Part shown: piece after piece, positions 29,091 to 39,814 of the stretch | Layout of the letters: each line of letters begins with the position of its first letter | Numbering within the stretch: the first letter of the stretch is position 1 | Assembly: GCA_946965045.2 (NCBI GenBank) | Contig: OX337232.1 | Coordinates: forward strand, 3,224,001 to 3,288,000 | Direction of reading: 5' to 3' | Length of the DNA: 64,000 nt | Source: Epithemia pelagica | Lineage: Eukaryota > Protista > Bacillariophyta | Program-made: the position numbers and the translations under genes | Notes under the pieces: generated by a model | Seen by the model: only the letters and a program-made list of their open reading frames with translations | What the model was told of the DNA's origin: nothing | Database searches by the model: none

Positions 29091-32000
29091 TTGTTGTTGC
29101 GTGCAGACGAATGACGGACGACGCGCGTGCCATCCCCATGCGACCAAGGTGTCACGCACATTGCCAGTTGCCAGTCTCATTCTTTTCTCTGCCGTCACGA
29201 GAGACCGTTTGGAATAGATTAGATTAACCATGGCAGTCCCCGGCGCTTCGGCGACGCCTCCTGCCCCTGCAACGGACTACGCGTCCCGTTACAAGAACCA
29301 GCCAGATGCCTTCAACGGACAGTACGCCACGCTGTACACGCCGTACGACGCAACCAACGGACTCCAGCCCGAAGACCTATTCGAAACGGTGGTTTCTTCG
29401 GACCAAAACGTTCCAAAAGTCTTCCTCGCCCAGGTGGAGATCGACAACGAATACAAGGTGATCGCGCTCCACCGACCCTCACGTTACGAACAAGACCTCA
29501 CAAAGCCGTCACAGCTATGGGCCGACAAGGTCTTTGCATTCCTGGGCGACATTTGCAGCGGCAGCAACTTCATTCGAACCGTCACGTTTCCCGAGGAAGC
29601 ATTCAAGGTCACCAAAACACAACGCGTCACCGTGCACGCCAACGTGAGCGCCAAGTGGAACCAAGATCCCAACGTCGGAATCCTGGAAGCCGTCCCTTCC
29701 AACGAAGCTGGCTCTACCACCGTCGCCACCCGTTTCCTCATCCCAGTGCCTTGGGCATACGTTCCGCTCGTCTTCGGGAAGATTATGTCCACCCGCGAAG
29801 CCTGGACCACCATCACCACAGCACTTGTCCAAGACTCACGCCAGGATGCCTGCCTCCCCCTGATCGACTGGCTACGCGTTGATTCCTTCCGTCGACAAAA
29901 AGGCACTGCACCAGCCACCAATTTGGGAGCCGTGGACATCGCGTTTCCTACCGTTTCGGCTGACGAACAACTCGATCGTCACCGATGGAACGTCCTTACC
30001 CGGGACCTTCCAGCTCTCGGTGGCAACACTACCTCCACTGGTGGAGGCTTCTCCCAGCAGCAATTTGTCCAACTCCTCAGTACGATGCGAACCGACCGGG
30101 CTACCGAGCGTGCCCAGGACGAGGCTCGTCGTCAAGCTGAGAAACAAGACAAGCTGCCTTCGGCCACGAAATACAAGATGGTTGCCCGTGAGTGGATGGC
30201 CTTCTCCTCAGTTACCAACGAGGCCGACCTACCTCCCGTGTATCTGCAGCTCGTGAACAGCGACAAAGGAGAACATCTCACGGTGCTCCGCAATGCCATG
30301 AAAGAACGTGCCCGGCAATCGGACGCCGCCACCGATCACACTCCTATCATTTCCAAAGAAACCAAGGAGATGGTCATGACAGCACGCTACGGTGTAGAGC
30401 CCCACCAAGCACACGATCTTACATTGGGCTTACAGCCCTTCAGCGTTGGCCTATTCATGGGAGACGAGCTAAGCAAAGCCGTCGACCTTCGTGCTACGGG
30501 CTATGAAACGATGCTACAAGGTCTGGCCGCCCCCACCCTGGGGGAACAAGCAACCTTCAGTACCAAAGAGATTCGAATCCCTCAGGACCCTTTTGTCGCC
30601 GGCATGATGCTGTTCTCCACAAGCATCCAGTTAGATGTCCTTCAGGGCAAAAACCACCCTTGTGCAACCGCCTTTCGTTACTTCTGCGACAAGCAATGGT
30701 CGTCCATTGCCACAACCTTGCAACTCTCCTCTCGGTACAATCCGGCCTTGGGCAAAGCGATCATCCCCCGCATTCTCCGTTGGATCCAAACTCACCTCGT
30801 GAGCTATTTCCATCGTCTCATAGCCGCTGACGGCGCCCCAACCACGCCCTTGCCACCGTTTGCTGACCTACACAGCCTCATCACCTTGCAACAGTTCAAC
30901 CTGTTGCCCGAGCTTCCGGACGCCTATCGTCTTGCCATCGCACCCGACACCAGTGCCGCCTCTGATCGCAAACCAAGCCCTACTGCAGCTGACGCCAAGG
31001 ACGCTACGACGCCACACCGCGATAGCAACGACAAAACGGACAAGTCTGCCCGCGCCAGCAATAATCGTGGTGGTGCCATGGTCACCAATCCCACGATCTC
31101 TTCCGTCCTTAAACAGAAGCTCGAAGCCTCCACCAAACGAATCCGAGACATTCACACCCACGCTCCTGCTTCCACCGACACGGACGCCCAAGGCAACCAC
31201 ATCCCTATTTGCCTCAGCTACCACCTCCGCAGACACTGCTACGCCAATTGCAACCGCGTCAAGACTCATCGACCGCTCTCCACCGCCGAGTCCGCCGCCT
31301 TAAGCACGATGGCCCAACAGCAGCTCGAATAGGAAATGGGCCAAGATGTTCTTTTGCCAGCACCAAAACGTGCCCGCTCAAACATCTCCAGGCCACCTAA
31401 CTACCCTCATGTTCCACCCGCTGCCGTCGACATTTCCACACCTTTCCAGCACACCAACAACACCACACGAATCGATACATCCGCGGACACCAGCAACAGT
31501 GATTTGGGTAAGTTAGTAAAGCGTCATTCTCAACTTCTCTCCTCTCTCCCCTGGGTGGAATTCGTCCACCAAGTCCGCGGTCGTTCATGTATTGCTCCAC
31601 TAGTGTCGTCCATTCCGCATCGAGCTGCGCCCGTTCTAGAGGACTTCCGCCGAGCCGGAGTCCCTATTCTATCTACCGACCCCGAGTGGTCACCCAACTT
31701 GCGTTCCATGGCCACCGCCCGTGGTTGCCACAAAAGCGCCCTCGAATTCGGCTCCTTCGTCCACGACGACATGGCCGACATGGTTACTCGGGGGTATTGG
31801 GTCGTCCTTCCCTACAGCGCCGTCAGTCACCTCCCAAACCTCCGAATATCGCCCATCGGATGCGTTCCACAGCGCGAACGACGTCCTCGCATCATCGTTG
31901 ACTACACCTACAGCGGTGTCAACGCAACAACGGACAGGTGCGCCTACCAAGAAGCCATGCAGTTTGGTGGCACCTTGAAACGACTGTTACAGCAAATCCT

Positions 32001-32808
32001 ACTTGCTAAACCCGAGCATGGTCCGGTCTTCGCTCTCAAGATAGACTTGTCAGACGGCTTCTATCGCGTCCCACTTCGGCCCTCCGATGTCCCTCGCCTG
32101 GGCGTCGTCCTCCCACCACTGCCGGATTCCCAAGACGATATCATCGCCTTCCCCTTAACCCTCCCCATGGGTTGGACGGAAAGCCCTCCCCAATTTACAG
32201 CCTTCACCGAAACCATCACGGACTTGGCCAACCGGCTCACCACCGAAGCCACTTGGGACCCACCCCCGCATCCCCTTGAACTATCCGCCAGCACGCAACC
32301 GACCCTTCCCAAGCCACACCGTCCAGTCGTCAGCATTCCCCCTCCATCCTTTCTCCGTTGTGCGCCAGTTCCACATTTGGCCTCGGACATCCTCGCATCC
32401 CTCCCCCGACTGCCTGCCAACCCACCGTTGCGATTCGTCTCCTACACCCACAACACTCCACTGGCGTACACCGACGTCTATCTTGACGACGAGATAGTGC
32501 TCGCCCAGGGGTCGCGCCCACGGTTGAATCGTTTGCGGCGAACACTCCTACACTGCAATGATCCGGTTTCCAACGATGCCGAAGACTCCCGCCAAGGACG
32601 TCGCGAACCGATCTCCGCCAAAAAACTATCGCGAGGAGACGCCTGCTGGACCACCTTCAAAACAATTCTTGGCTGGAACGTCGACACGCTCCAAAAAACG
32701 GTCGAGTTGCCCCCGCACCGAAAAACAAAGCTACTCTCCTTGCTTGACGACTTCCGCCACCGACAAACCGCCACCCTCCTGGAATGGCAAAAACTACTGG
32801 GCGAACTT
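29091..32808 (+). mobile_element. 3'-truncated DIRS/Ngaro-like (tyrosine-recombinase class) retroelement
   Basis: Gag-like ORF followed by a DIRS-type RT. No RNase H or YR domain is present because the sequence breaks off after KLLGELR. Confidence 0.82.
29230..31332 (+). CDS. DIRS-like ORF1/gag (700 aa) with a C-terminal Cys/His finger
   Basis: CLSYHLRRHCYANCNRVKTH at the C-terminus; lies directly upstream of the RT. Confidence 0.75.
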   Translation: MAVPGASATPPAPATDYASRYKNQPDAFNGQYATLYTPYDATNGLQPEDLFETVVSSDQNVPKVFLAQVEIDNEYKVIALHRPSRYEQDLTKPSQLWADKVFAFLGDICSGSNFIRTVTFPEEAFKVTKTQRVTVHANVSAKWNQDPNVGILEAVPSNEAGSTTVATRFLIPVPWAYVPLVFGKIMSTREAWTTITTALVQDSRQDACLPLIDWLRVDSFRRQKGTAPATNLGAVDIAFPTVSADEQLDRHRWNVLTRDLPALGGNTTSTGGGFSQQQFVQLLSTMRTDRATERAQDEARRQAEKQDKLPSATKYKMVAREWMAFSSVTNEADLPPVYLQLVNSDKGEHLTVLRNAMKERARQSDAATDHTPIISKETKEMVMTARYGVEPHQAHDLTLGLQPFSVGLFMGDELSKAVDLRATGYETMLQGLAAPTLGEQATFSTKEIRIPQDPFVAGMMLFSTSIQLDVLQGKNHPCATAFRYFCDKQWSSIATTLQLSSRYNPALGKAIIPRILRWIQTHLVSYFHRLIAADGAPTTPLPPFADLHSLITLQQFNLLPELPDAYRLAIAPDTSAASDRKPSPTAADAKDATTPHRDSNDKTDKSARASNNRGGAMVTNPTISSVLKQKLEASTKRIRDIHTHAPASTDTDAQGNHIPICLSYHLRRHCYANCNRVKTHRPLSTAESAALSTMAQQQLE

Positions 32809-32862
32809 CGCTATTGGTTAGAGGCCTATGACTCGCCCGACAGGTACCAAGTGTCAAAATAG
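31336..32862 (+). CDS. DIRS-type reverse transcriptase, truncated
   Basis: RISPIGCVPQRERRPRIIVDY, KIDLSDGFYRV, LPMGWTESP, YLDD, GWNVDT, KLLGELR. The last 16 codons derive from the flanking repeat. Confidence 0.88.
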   Translation: MGQDVLLPAPKRARSNISRPPNYPHVPPAAVDISTPFQHTNNTTRIDTSADTSNSDLGKLVKRHSQLLSSLPWVEFVHQVRGRSCIAPLVSSIPHRAAPVLEDFRRAGVPILSTDPEWSPNLRSMATARGCHKSALEFGSFVHDDMADMVTRGYWVVLPYSAVSHLPNLRISPIGCVPQRERRPRIIVDYTYSGVNATTDRCAYQEAMQFGGTLKRLLQQILLAKPEHGPVFALKIDLSDGFYRVPLRPSDVPRLGVVLPPLPDSQDDIIAFPLTLPMGWTESPPQFTAFTETITDLANRLTTEATWDPPPHPLELSASTQPTLPKPHRPVVSIPPPSFLRCAPVPHLASDILASLPRLPANPPLRFVSYTHNTPLAYTDVYLDDEIVLAQGSRPRLNRLRRTLLHCNDPVSNDAEDSRQGRREPISAKKLSRGDACWTTFKTILGWNVDTLQKTVELPPHRKTKLLSLLDDFRHRQTATLLEWQKLLGELRYWLEAYDSPDRYQVSK

Positions 32863-32927
32863 GTGCACAACAACAGGTGCAACACAGAGGTCCGTGTTGT
32901 TATCGCGATGGATGGAATGAGTTATGC
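32809..32927 (+). repeat. 119-bp direct repeat, right copy
   Basis: Matches 28972-29090. Confidence 0.9.
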
Positions 32928-33906
32928 CTGCCGACTAGAAACAGGTTATTTTTCTACCAGAGAGATGGGGGTGTTTCAACGAAATTACAACCTCAAAACC
33001 AACGATAAGGTACAGGTTGCGATGTTCCAAAAAACACTGAGAGCATTTCTCTCGTTATTCGACTCAATCTCATACGAGTTAGTCCGTGTGACTCGAAGAG
33101 TTTGGTAAGTTCTAAGTTCAGTATTCAGTAGGTCTAGTTTGTAGTTTGTGTCAATTGGGGGATTTGGGTGTGCAGCATTACGGAAACTACAAATTACCTA
33201 GGAGTAGGTACTACCTTAGATTTTGAGTGTCGTAGATGGGAATGCCATCGGGAATACAGAGATTGTCGCTTAGGCCATTCCTCTATCTATGAATGCGGAT
33301 GTTCAGAAACTGGAATAGTGCCATCCTCGACGATGGTCTAGGTAGGTAGTAGTAGCTACCATTTGAGTCAACAGAACGCCCGACCCAACCTTTCAATGAA
33401 TCCAAAATGGAAAATCACGCATTGAGTCAAAAACACATCCAGTTGCATAAGTCGTGTCCCTTAACGGTGTCATCAAAGCAGAAGACATCAAACCGTCTAT
33501 TGCCTGAAAACAAGAGAAAGAGCCAGAGACTCGTGTGAGAATAGGCAGCAAGGGGCGGACTACCAGATCACAGAGAAACAAAAAGAGAGTCTGTCCAAAG
33601 GGTTGATTTCAGTGGCAGAAAATGACCCGCAAAACCAGAATTTGACTCCGTCTGTTTTCACAAGCACCTCATCACCAACAGGCCACCTTCCGGCAAAGGA
33701 CGATGTACCTGCGAAGTATCTTCATTCTCTCGATTGTTTCATGAAATGTGAAACCACATGTCAAGAAAACTTACATTGTGTAAAAGTCACATGGCTGAGT
33801 CCAATCGGCAAAGGCAAGGTTGTAGAATCGACAGCGTGTTCGTCCTCTTCTTCTGAATTAACGGTACCAAGGCACTTTCGATTCCGAACACATACACCAT
33901 GCTACC

Positions 33907-35921
33907 TCACCGATGTGGGTCTCCAATGGGTGGATATTCGGTATCTCGAGCATGGACAGGTGGCCACACGGACATGTCGTCTTCTCGGGAATGATACATT
34001 GTGGGTTTGGCTGTATCCTCCGAATCAACTCGCAAACGTTTGGTAATGGGTCGAAAGTACTGGACCTTGAACTTTTTCTGGTCCACGGACAGTCGTGGTT
34101 GTTGTGACACGGAGGGTTCCATGGCTCGTTTGGCATCTCGTACCGACTGCAACTCCACGACACAGGATCCATAAAAGGCATTGGTTCGACGGTCCGTCAA
34201 CCAATGGAGGATTGCAAGGGGTCCCAACAGGGCTTCCAATTTCGTTCGCGTGACAGTCAAGGGCAATCGCGAAAGAAACAGACAGGTATCTCGAAACACC
34301 ACAGGGGGAGTATTTGGTTTGTCAGACAACGTTTCGAGTGTACCGTGTCTCTGCCGTTTCTTTGTTTGGTGGCTTCCTTTCTCCTGTTGTTCGGCCTGTT
34401 GTTTCATGTGCACCAAATTGGGTCGTACCGTGGGAGCCTGATATCCTTCTTGACAGAGGGGACACTGCAAGGTTTCGGGATGGGCCGTGGCATGCGACAC
34501 ACAAGCGGGACACACAATGACGGGGACACCACACACGACCGTCGATTCCGTCGTTGATGTGGAATTGGATTTGCCCGTGCTGCAGTGAAATTGTCCCCGA
34601 TACTGGGTGCATACGCCGTGACACACGACGCACGTGGGAGCAAAGGCGGCAGCCGTGGTGGACCTGGCACATTCCGATTCGACTTGCTCCAGGGGTTTTT
34701 CGGCCGGCACTTGTTCCATGCGTCGATCAAACAAATAATTCTTGCCCTTCCACAAACCGCCTTGGGGAAAGGTTTTTAAATACCGTTCAATGCCACCCTG
34801 TAATTCATAGACGCCCAGGGGTTGAAAGGTATCGGGGGAGGAGGCGGACGCCATTTGATTCACCAAGGCCGTCGCCCGTTCACAACGAATGCCGCCTGGA
34901 CGTGTTCCAGACATGGAAACAACAACAAGACTGGCGTGAGCTGGAACTGTACCAGGACGAAAAACAGTCGGCAACACCACAACACAACAAACAAATCTGC
35001 AACGTACCGGTACAATACATGAGCACCTTTTTGCCATGCAATTGGGCTTGTGTTTGCGGATCGGCCAACCAATTGGGAAATTCATTGCTTTTGCGGAGTT
35101 TGGGATCCAACAATGTGGCCCCACTGTGGGCGGGGGGTTCAAAATGCCCCAGGGCGGTTTCGTAGGCATTGCGGACATCGACAATGACGGTATTGTCTTG
35201 TTGCATGGCCTCATGATATTCATCGGCCGTCAAATGAATGCCGGCAAATTGATCCAAACGAGGAGCCTTGTCTATTAGAATAATATTAAACATTGTGAGA
35301 ATGAAAACGAAAAGAGGACCTGGTGAGTAGATCCATACACTCCTTCGACACACGCAAACAATACTACCTAGACACACTAGTCTCGAGGGTTCTATACGTA
35401 CCAGATCCGGCCATGCCAAAGGCGACCAATTCCTCTGTTTTGCGCAGACTGAGTGTTTTAAAGAGTTTGGAGGGTGGAATGCCATCGGTAATTTTAAAAT
35501 CCGTCGCTGAAAACACCATGGGAAAGATGGTTCGAATCTCGGTCAAAAAGGCTCGCAATTTTGTAGGAGAGGCACAGGTCAAGGTACAATTCAAGCCTTC
35601 GGGGGCAATGCGTCCGCGGCCCGTGATTTCAAAGCGTTGGGCGACGGCCCCAAAGTCCTTGAGCATGTGCTTGTGCTGTGCATTGGTCCACGGTGGTTCT
35701 TGATATTGATAAAACAAGACGAGCGATCCACTGCCCGTTGGGGCATGGTGATGGGGAGCGGGTAAGGGGGCACCGGCCACAGATGTGGCATTGGCAAGAA
35801 TCATCTTGTTGTTCACAGGGCCGTCGTCGTTGTCCAAGCGTCTGACTGTTGTCTTGGATGTGTCATTGGATGAATCGTTCCTCTCCTCCTTTTTGTCGTT
35901 GTTTGGTTGGGACGGATCCAT
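33907..35921 (-). CDS. TrhO/YceA (UPF0176)-like rhodanese-domain protein with a Cys-rich C-domain and a C-terminal RRM; 3 exons, 590 aa
   Basis: Exons 35921-35402, 35271-35008 and 34895-33907 have GT-AG introns and sum to 1,773 nt (in frame). Motifs: GRIAPEGLNCT, DVRNAYE..GHF, MYCTGGIRCERA, LQGGIERY, WKGKNYLFDRR; RRM LFLSRLP...FYGSCVVEL. Confidence 0.88.
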
Positions 35922-36534
35922 GATACTGTCTTTTCGTGTTGTATATTTGGTATTTGATTGCCCCGTGAGTTTCAGGGTTCCTTGTTATCTCCATCCACAA
36001 CACTCTACTCTAGAGACTGTTTCTACTCGAAACTACTGTCGTTCGTCTCTCCTCGTTTCTCGGGGTTCCACCGCACCCCATGGTGGTGGTGGTGTATCTT
36101 TTTGTTTTGGTTCCAGAACCAAAAGGAGGATTTGTGCGTGCGGTGTGCGGTCGTCGACGGCCTTGCTCACGGACCGACGTACAGAATCTTATGAGCGATC
36201 TAAACGCGACTCTTGTAAAGCGACTACGGAAGGATCTAAACGCGACCTACACTTCGAGGAGAATCTTTCGGACGACGACGACGACGAACAACGACATTTC
36301 CTTTCTCGTCTTTTGTTCGGTTGACTTTCTTTATTGAAGGAGACAAGGGACAACCCACGGCTGCTGTCTCTTTTGTTGCGGCATATAGAATACCCTCCAG
36401 TATCCGGAAACTCGCACAAAACGAAAGGTCTCGTATCGTATCGTCGTGGTGGTTTTGGGAGTCGGCAATCGGCAGATTGAGCAAGAGAAGAATCCTATTT
36501 TTGGGGGTTCCAACGCAGTATCCTCATTCACAGT

Positions 36535-38529
36535 ATGACAACCACGACCAATTCTAGTACGGTTCGTTCCGATCCGGAGCAAGGCAATTCCCAACAACCA
36601 CAAGACACGATGTCTGCTGCGGCGACAGAAGCGGCGGTGGTCGAACCCCACCAGCCACCGGAACCACCACCGACGGAGGATGGATCTCCCTTTTGGGGAT
36701 TTGGTGGTGGTGGTGGTTCGCTCAAGGCACCCTCACCCTTTTCCTTGAATTACAATTCCCTCAAGGCCGTCGTGTCACGTTCGGGCAATCCCCATTTGGA
36801 TCAGGAGGAACAGACCCCGCTCCTCCATTCACGGCATAAAAATCCCATGGCCGTCATGACGTATACGGCCGGAGAAGATGCGAGTCGATTGGCCTTGGCG
36901 GCCAAACAATTGGGATTGGAACGACAACGCAAAACGCGCGCTCCGGTTCGACGCATTGCCCTGAGCTTGGATCATGTCGTGTCCATTTTGGCCACGTCGA
37001 CCACGGCACCCACTCCCGGAGACACCGAGGCATTGGAACAAGAAGCACCACCTCAACATCCGCGTTTGCAATGGGGGGAAGCCATGGCCGGTGTAGCGGG
37101 CAATATTTTGGAATGGTACGATTTTGCCGTCTTTGGTTATTTTGGCGATGTGATTGGGCAAGTCTTTTTTCCCCCCTCAGCCGGTCATACCGCCACCTTG
37201 GCCAGTTTTGCCGTCTTTGGCGGCGCCTTTTTGGCTCGACCAGCCGGTGGCGTCGTCTTGGGCTATATCGGCGATGTCTACGGCCACAAGGTGGCCCTAC
37301 GAACCTCCATTTTTCTCATGGCGGTTCCGACGTTTTTGCTGGGATGCTTGCCGAGTTTTGATCAAGTCGGCTATTGGTCCCCCCTCGGTTTGATTGTCGT
37401 GCGCTTGTTGCAAGGCTTGTCCGTCGGCGGACAATTATTGTCCAGTCTCGTCTTTACCCTGGAACGATCGCCGCGTCATCAATGGGGCTTGTATGGGAGT
37501 TTTGTCTTTTGTACCGGCAATTTGGGCACGCTGCTCGGTGGCTTGGTCGGATATTGGATTCGGTCCCACTTGTCGCCCACGCAATTGCTGTCGTATGGGT
37601 GGCGCATTCCCTTTTGGATGGGCGTTGTGGTGAGTTGGAGTGGCTTGTATTTGCGGGGTGGCGATGGAGAAGGAGGAGGAGGACACGGTGCGGATGCGGC
37701 ACCACCACCAACCACGACAACCACGACAGTGGTGGAGGAGGAAGAGGAAGGTGGTGTGACGGAATCGATGCGGAATCAAACCATGACCCACAAACCATCG
37801 CCACCCAGAGACACGGACGAAGGGCAACCGCTCGCGGTGCCGCAACCAGCAGCAGCTGCCGCCAATAATGGTACTACGGAAAAACAACCAACGATCAATC
37901 CCTTGCAACTCGTGTTTGAACCGCACAATTTGCGTCCCCTCTTGGCGTCGGCAACCGTTCCCATGTTGTGGTCGGCCGGCTTTTACATGACCTTTGTCTG
38001 GATGCCCATTTACATGACCACCATGGCCGACGAGGTCGTCCCCCATGCCTTTGCCGTCAATTCCCTAGCCTTGCTCGTCAGTGTCATTTTGCTGTTTCCC
38101 CTGGCGGGATTTGCGTCGGATGTCTGGGGCCGTCGCCCCGTCATGACCCTTGGGGCCGTGACGGTGGCGGTGTTGAGTCCGACCGTCTTGTTTCCCGCTA
38201 TTGGCACGTCGGGACAATTCGGTCCCGCCTTGGCGGGACAAGTCGTCTTGGGCATTTGCTTGTCCGTGTGGGGATCGCCCATGTGTGCCTGGCTCGTCGA
38301 AGCCTTTTCCAATCAGTCCCAGGCTCGTCTCACCTCCATGGCGATTGGATACAATGTCGCCTTGGCCATTGTGGGTGGCTTGACACCGGCCATGGCCACC
38401 TACCTCGTCGATGCTGTCGGTCCCTTGGCACCGGCGTGGATTTATTCCAGTGTCGCCCTCGTGGCACTGGTCGGCCTCTGGGTCATTGCGCCACCACCGC
38501 CGTCGACGACAGTTCAGGGACGAGCCTGA
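36535..38529 (+). CDS. MFS transporter, metabolite:H+ symporter (ProP-like) family
   Basis: GNILEWYDFAVFGYF, FLARPAGG..LGYIGD.YG, RLLQGLSVGG; multiple TM segments and a long central loop. Confidence 0.9.
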   Translation: MTTTTNSSTVRSDPEQGNSQQPQDTMSAAATEAAVVEPHQPPEPPPTEDGSPFWGFGGGGGSLKAPSPFSLNYNSLKAVVSRSGNPHLDQEEQTPLLHSRHKNPMAVMTYTAGEDASRLALAAKQLGLERQRKTRAPVRRIALSLDHVVSILATSTTAPTPGDTEALEQEAPPQHPRLQWGEAMAGVAGNILEWYDFAVFGYFGDVIGQVFFPPSAGHTATLASFAVFGGAFLARPAGGVVLGYIGDVYGHKVALRTSIFLMAVPTFLLGCLPSFDQVGYWSPLGLIVVRLLQGLSVGGQLLSSLVFTLERSPRHQWGLYGSFVFCTGNLGTLLGGLVGYWIRSHLSPTQLLSYGWRIPFWMGVVVSWSGLYLRGGDGEGGGGHGADAAPPPTTTTTTVVEEEEEGGVTESMRNQTMTHKPSPPRDTDEGQPLAVPQPAAAAANNGTTEKQPTINPLQLVFEPHNLRPLLASATVPMLWSAGFYMTFVWMPIYMTTMADEVVPHAFAVNSLALLVSVILLFPLAGFASDVWGRRPVMTLGAVTVAVLSPTVLFPAIGTSGQFGPALAGQVVLGICLSVWGSPMCAWLVEAFSNQSQARLTSMAIGYNVALAIVGGLTPAMATYLVDAVGPLAPAWIYSSVALVALVGLWVIAPPPPSTTVQGRA

Positions 38530-38889
38530 GAGTGACGTGTGGGTTTGTGTCGTACGAACCAAGAATTGAGACTGCCACGAACCAGGAACATGCGACAGAC
38601 AAACACCGAATCCAACGAACCACGAACTGGACAGCAAAACATAGAAACAAGGACAGACCAGAGCATGACAGCGACAAACAGAAATTAGGACAAACCTGAG
38701 CAATGACTGTGAACTGTGAAACACGCGCGCGCATCTCGAGGTGTTTTGGCGGCTGGTTGTCGTTGAGGAGAAGAAGAGGAACAACCCAAGAGTTTCAGTG
38801 GCTACTAGCAACACTCGCTTAGATGTACCAGACAAGAGGGTCGATCTATCCAACTCGGAAAACGAAATGGCAACTCGCTCCTACTTTGT

Positions 38890-39420
38890 CTCGTTGGATC
38901 CAATGGATGCTATATTGCTGCTGCGATTTCGACCTTCCAGTATACCATCTCTGTCACAAGGAGATTGACCCACTGGGAGTCGAAGTTGTGGTTGTGGTTG
39001 TTGCCAGACTGCCACAATCGCACATACTATAGGCGGCCACGGTCGAGCAAGGAATGGTGCCCATTCTCATTCTCCACAGTGGTGCAATCGCCGCCAAATC
39101 GTGGGTGGTTGCGGCAGAAGCACCATGTTGGAAGCCCTCGTTTGTTTGGCTGGTCGGACCGTACCAGAAGAATCCATCCTGAGTCGTGTCATGCTCCTAA
39201 AACTAGAGAGTTTGTTTCGTGATCAAGTTTACGAGTGTTGATGCAAAGGTTCGCGGTGGCAGCAGTGTTGTTGATCTATCCTCCATCAAGGTGATTGTAC
39301 AGCATTTGTGCTCATCCAAGACTCTTCAAACTGTCATGCTTCGGGATTTTTATCGAAAGGATCAATTCTTGTTGGTTCTTTATTGGTTCTTTATTGCGTG
39401 TTGTGTTGTAATACCATGGT
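38890..39420 (-). pseudogene. Decayed duplicate of the 5' end and upstream region of the sulfotransferase gene
   Basis: Aligns by eye with ~45225-45750. The ATG at 39192 reads MTRLRMDSSGTVRPAKQTRASN versus the parent MTRPRMDSSSSCTVRPVKQTRASN, with an early stop. Confidence 0.75.
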
Positions 39421-39814
39421 AAACGGCAATGCCTCACTGTGTCAGCCGAATCACCTGTGTCTTCTACTCGTAAGACTTGAAATTTTAGACTTGACGAGCC
39501 ACAGACAGTAGAGTGTGACGTAACGCGGGTTTAATTACTCGAATTTAGCAACGGCAGAATATACAACATCCAAACACCTCGGTAGGACGGAAACTACGAG
39601 AGCCGGAAGCAATATTGATATCCTTCCGAAAGCACCCGTCCAGATGAGGGTATTCTCATACAAGGAAAGGAACACTTGGTTCCTGTGGTTTTATCCAGTC
39701 CGTGGCGACGGCGGTGGCTGCTGCTGTGATGCGGGCATCATATGGTGGTGGTAATAGGGTGGAGGTGGGACAAAGTAGGGGACTGCAACGGGTACTTCCA
39801 TGGGGGGAACTGGA

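Noticed and set aside
33603-34046. 147-aa plus-strand ORF
   Set aside because: It is antisense to the rhodanese 3' end, has no motifs, and is broken in the duplicated copies.
36829-38853. Numerous 100-260-aa overlapping ORFs around the MFS, sulfotransferase and GT genes
   Set aside because: These are shadow ORFs of GC-rich coding sequence with no domain signatures.
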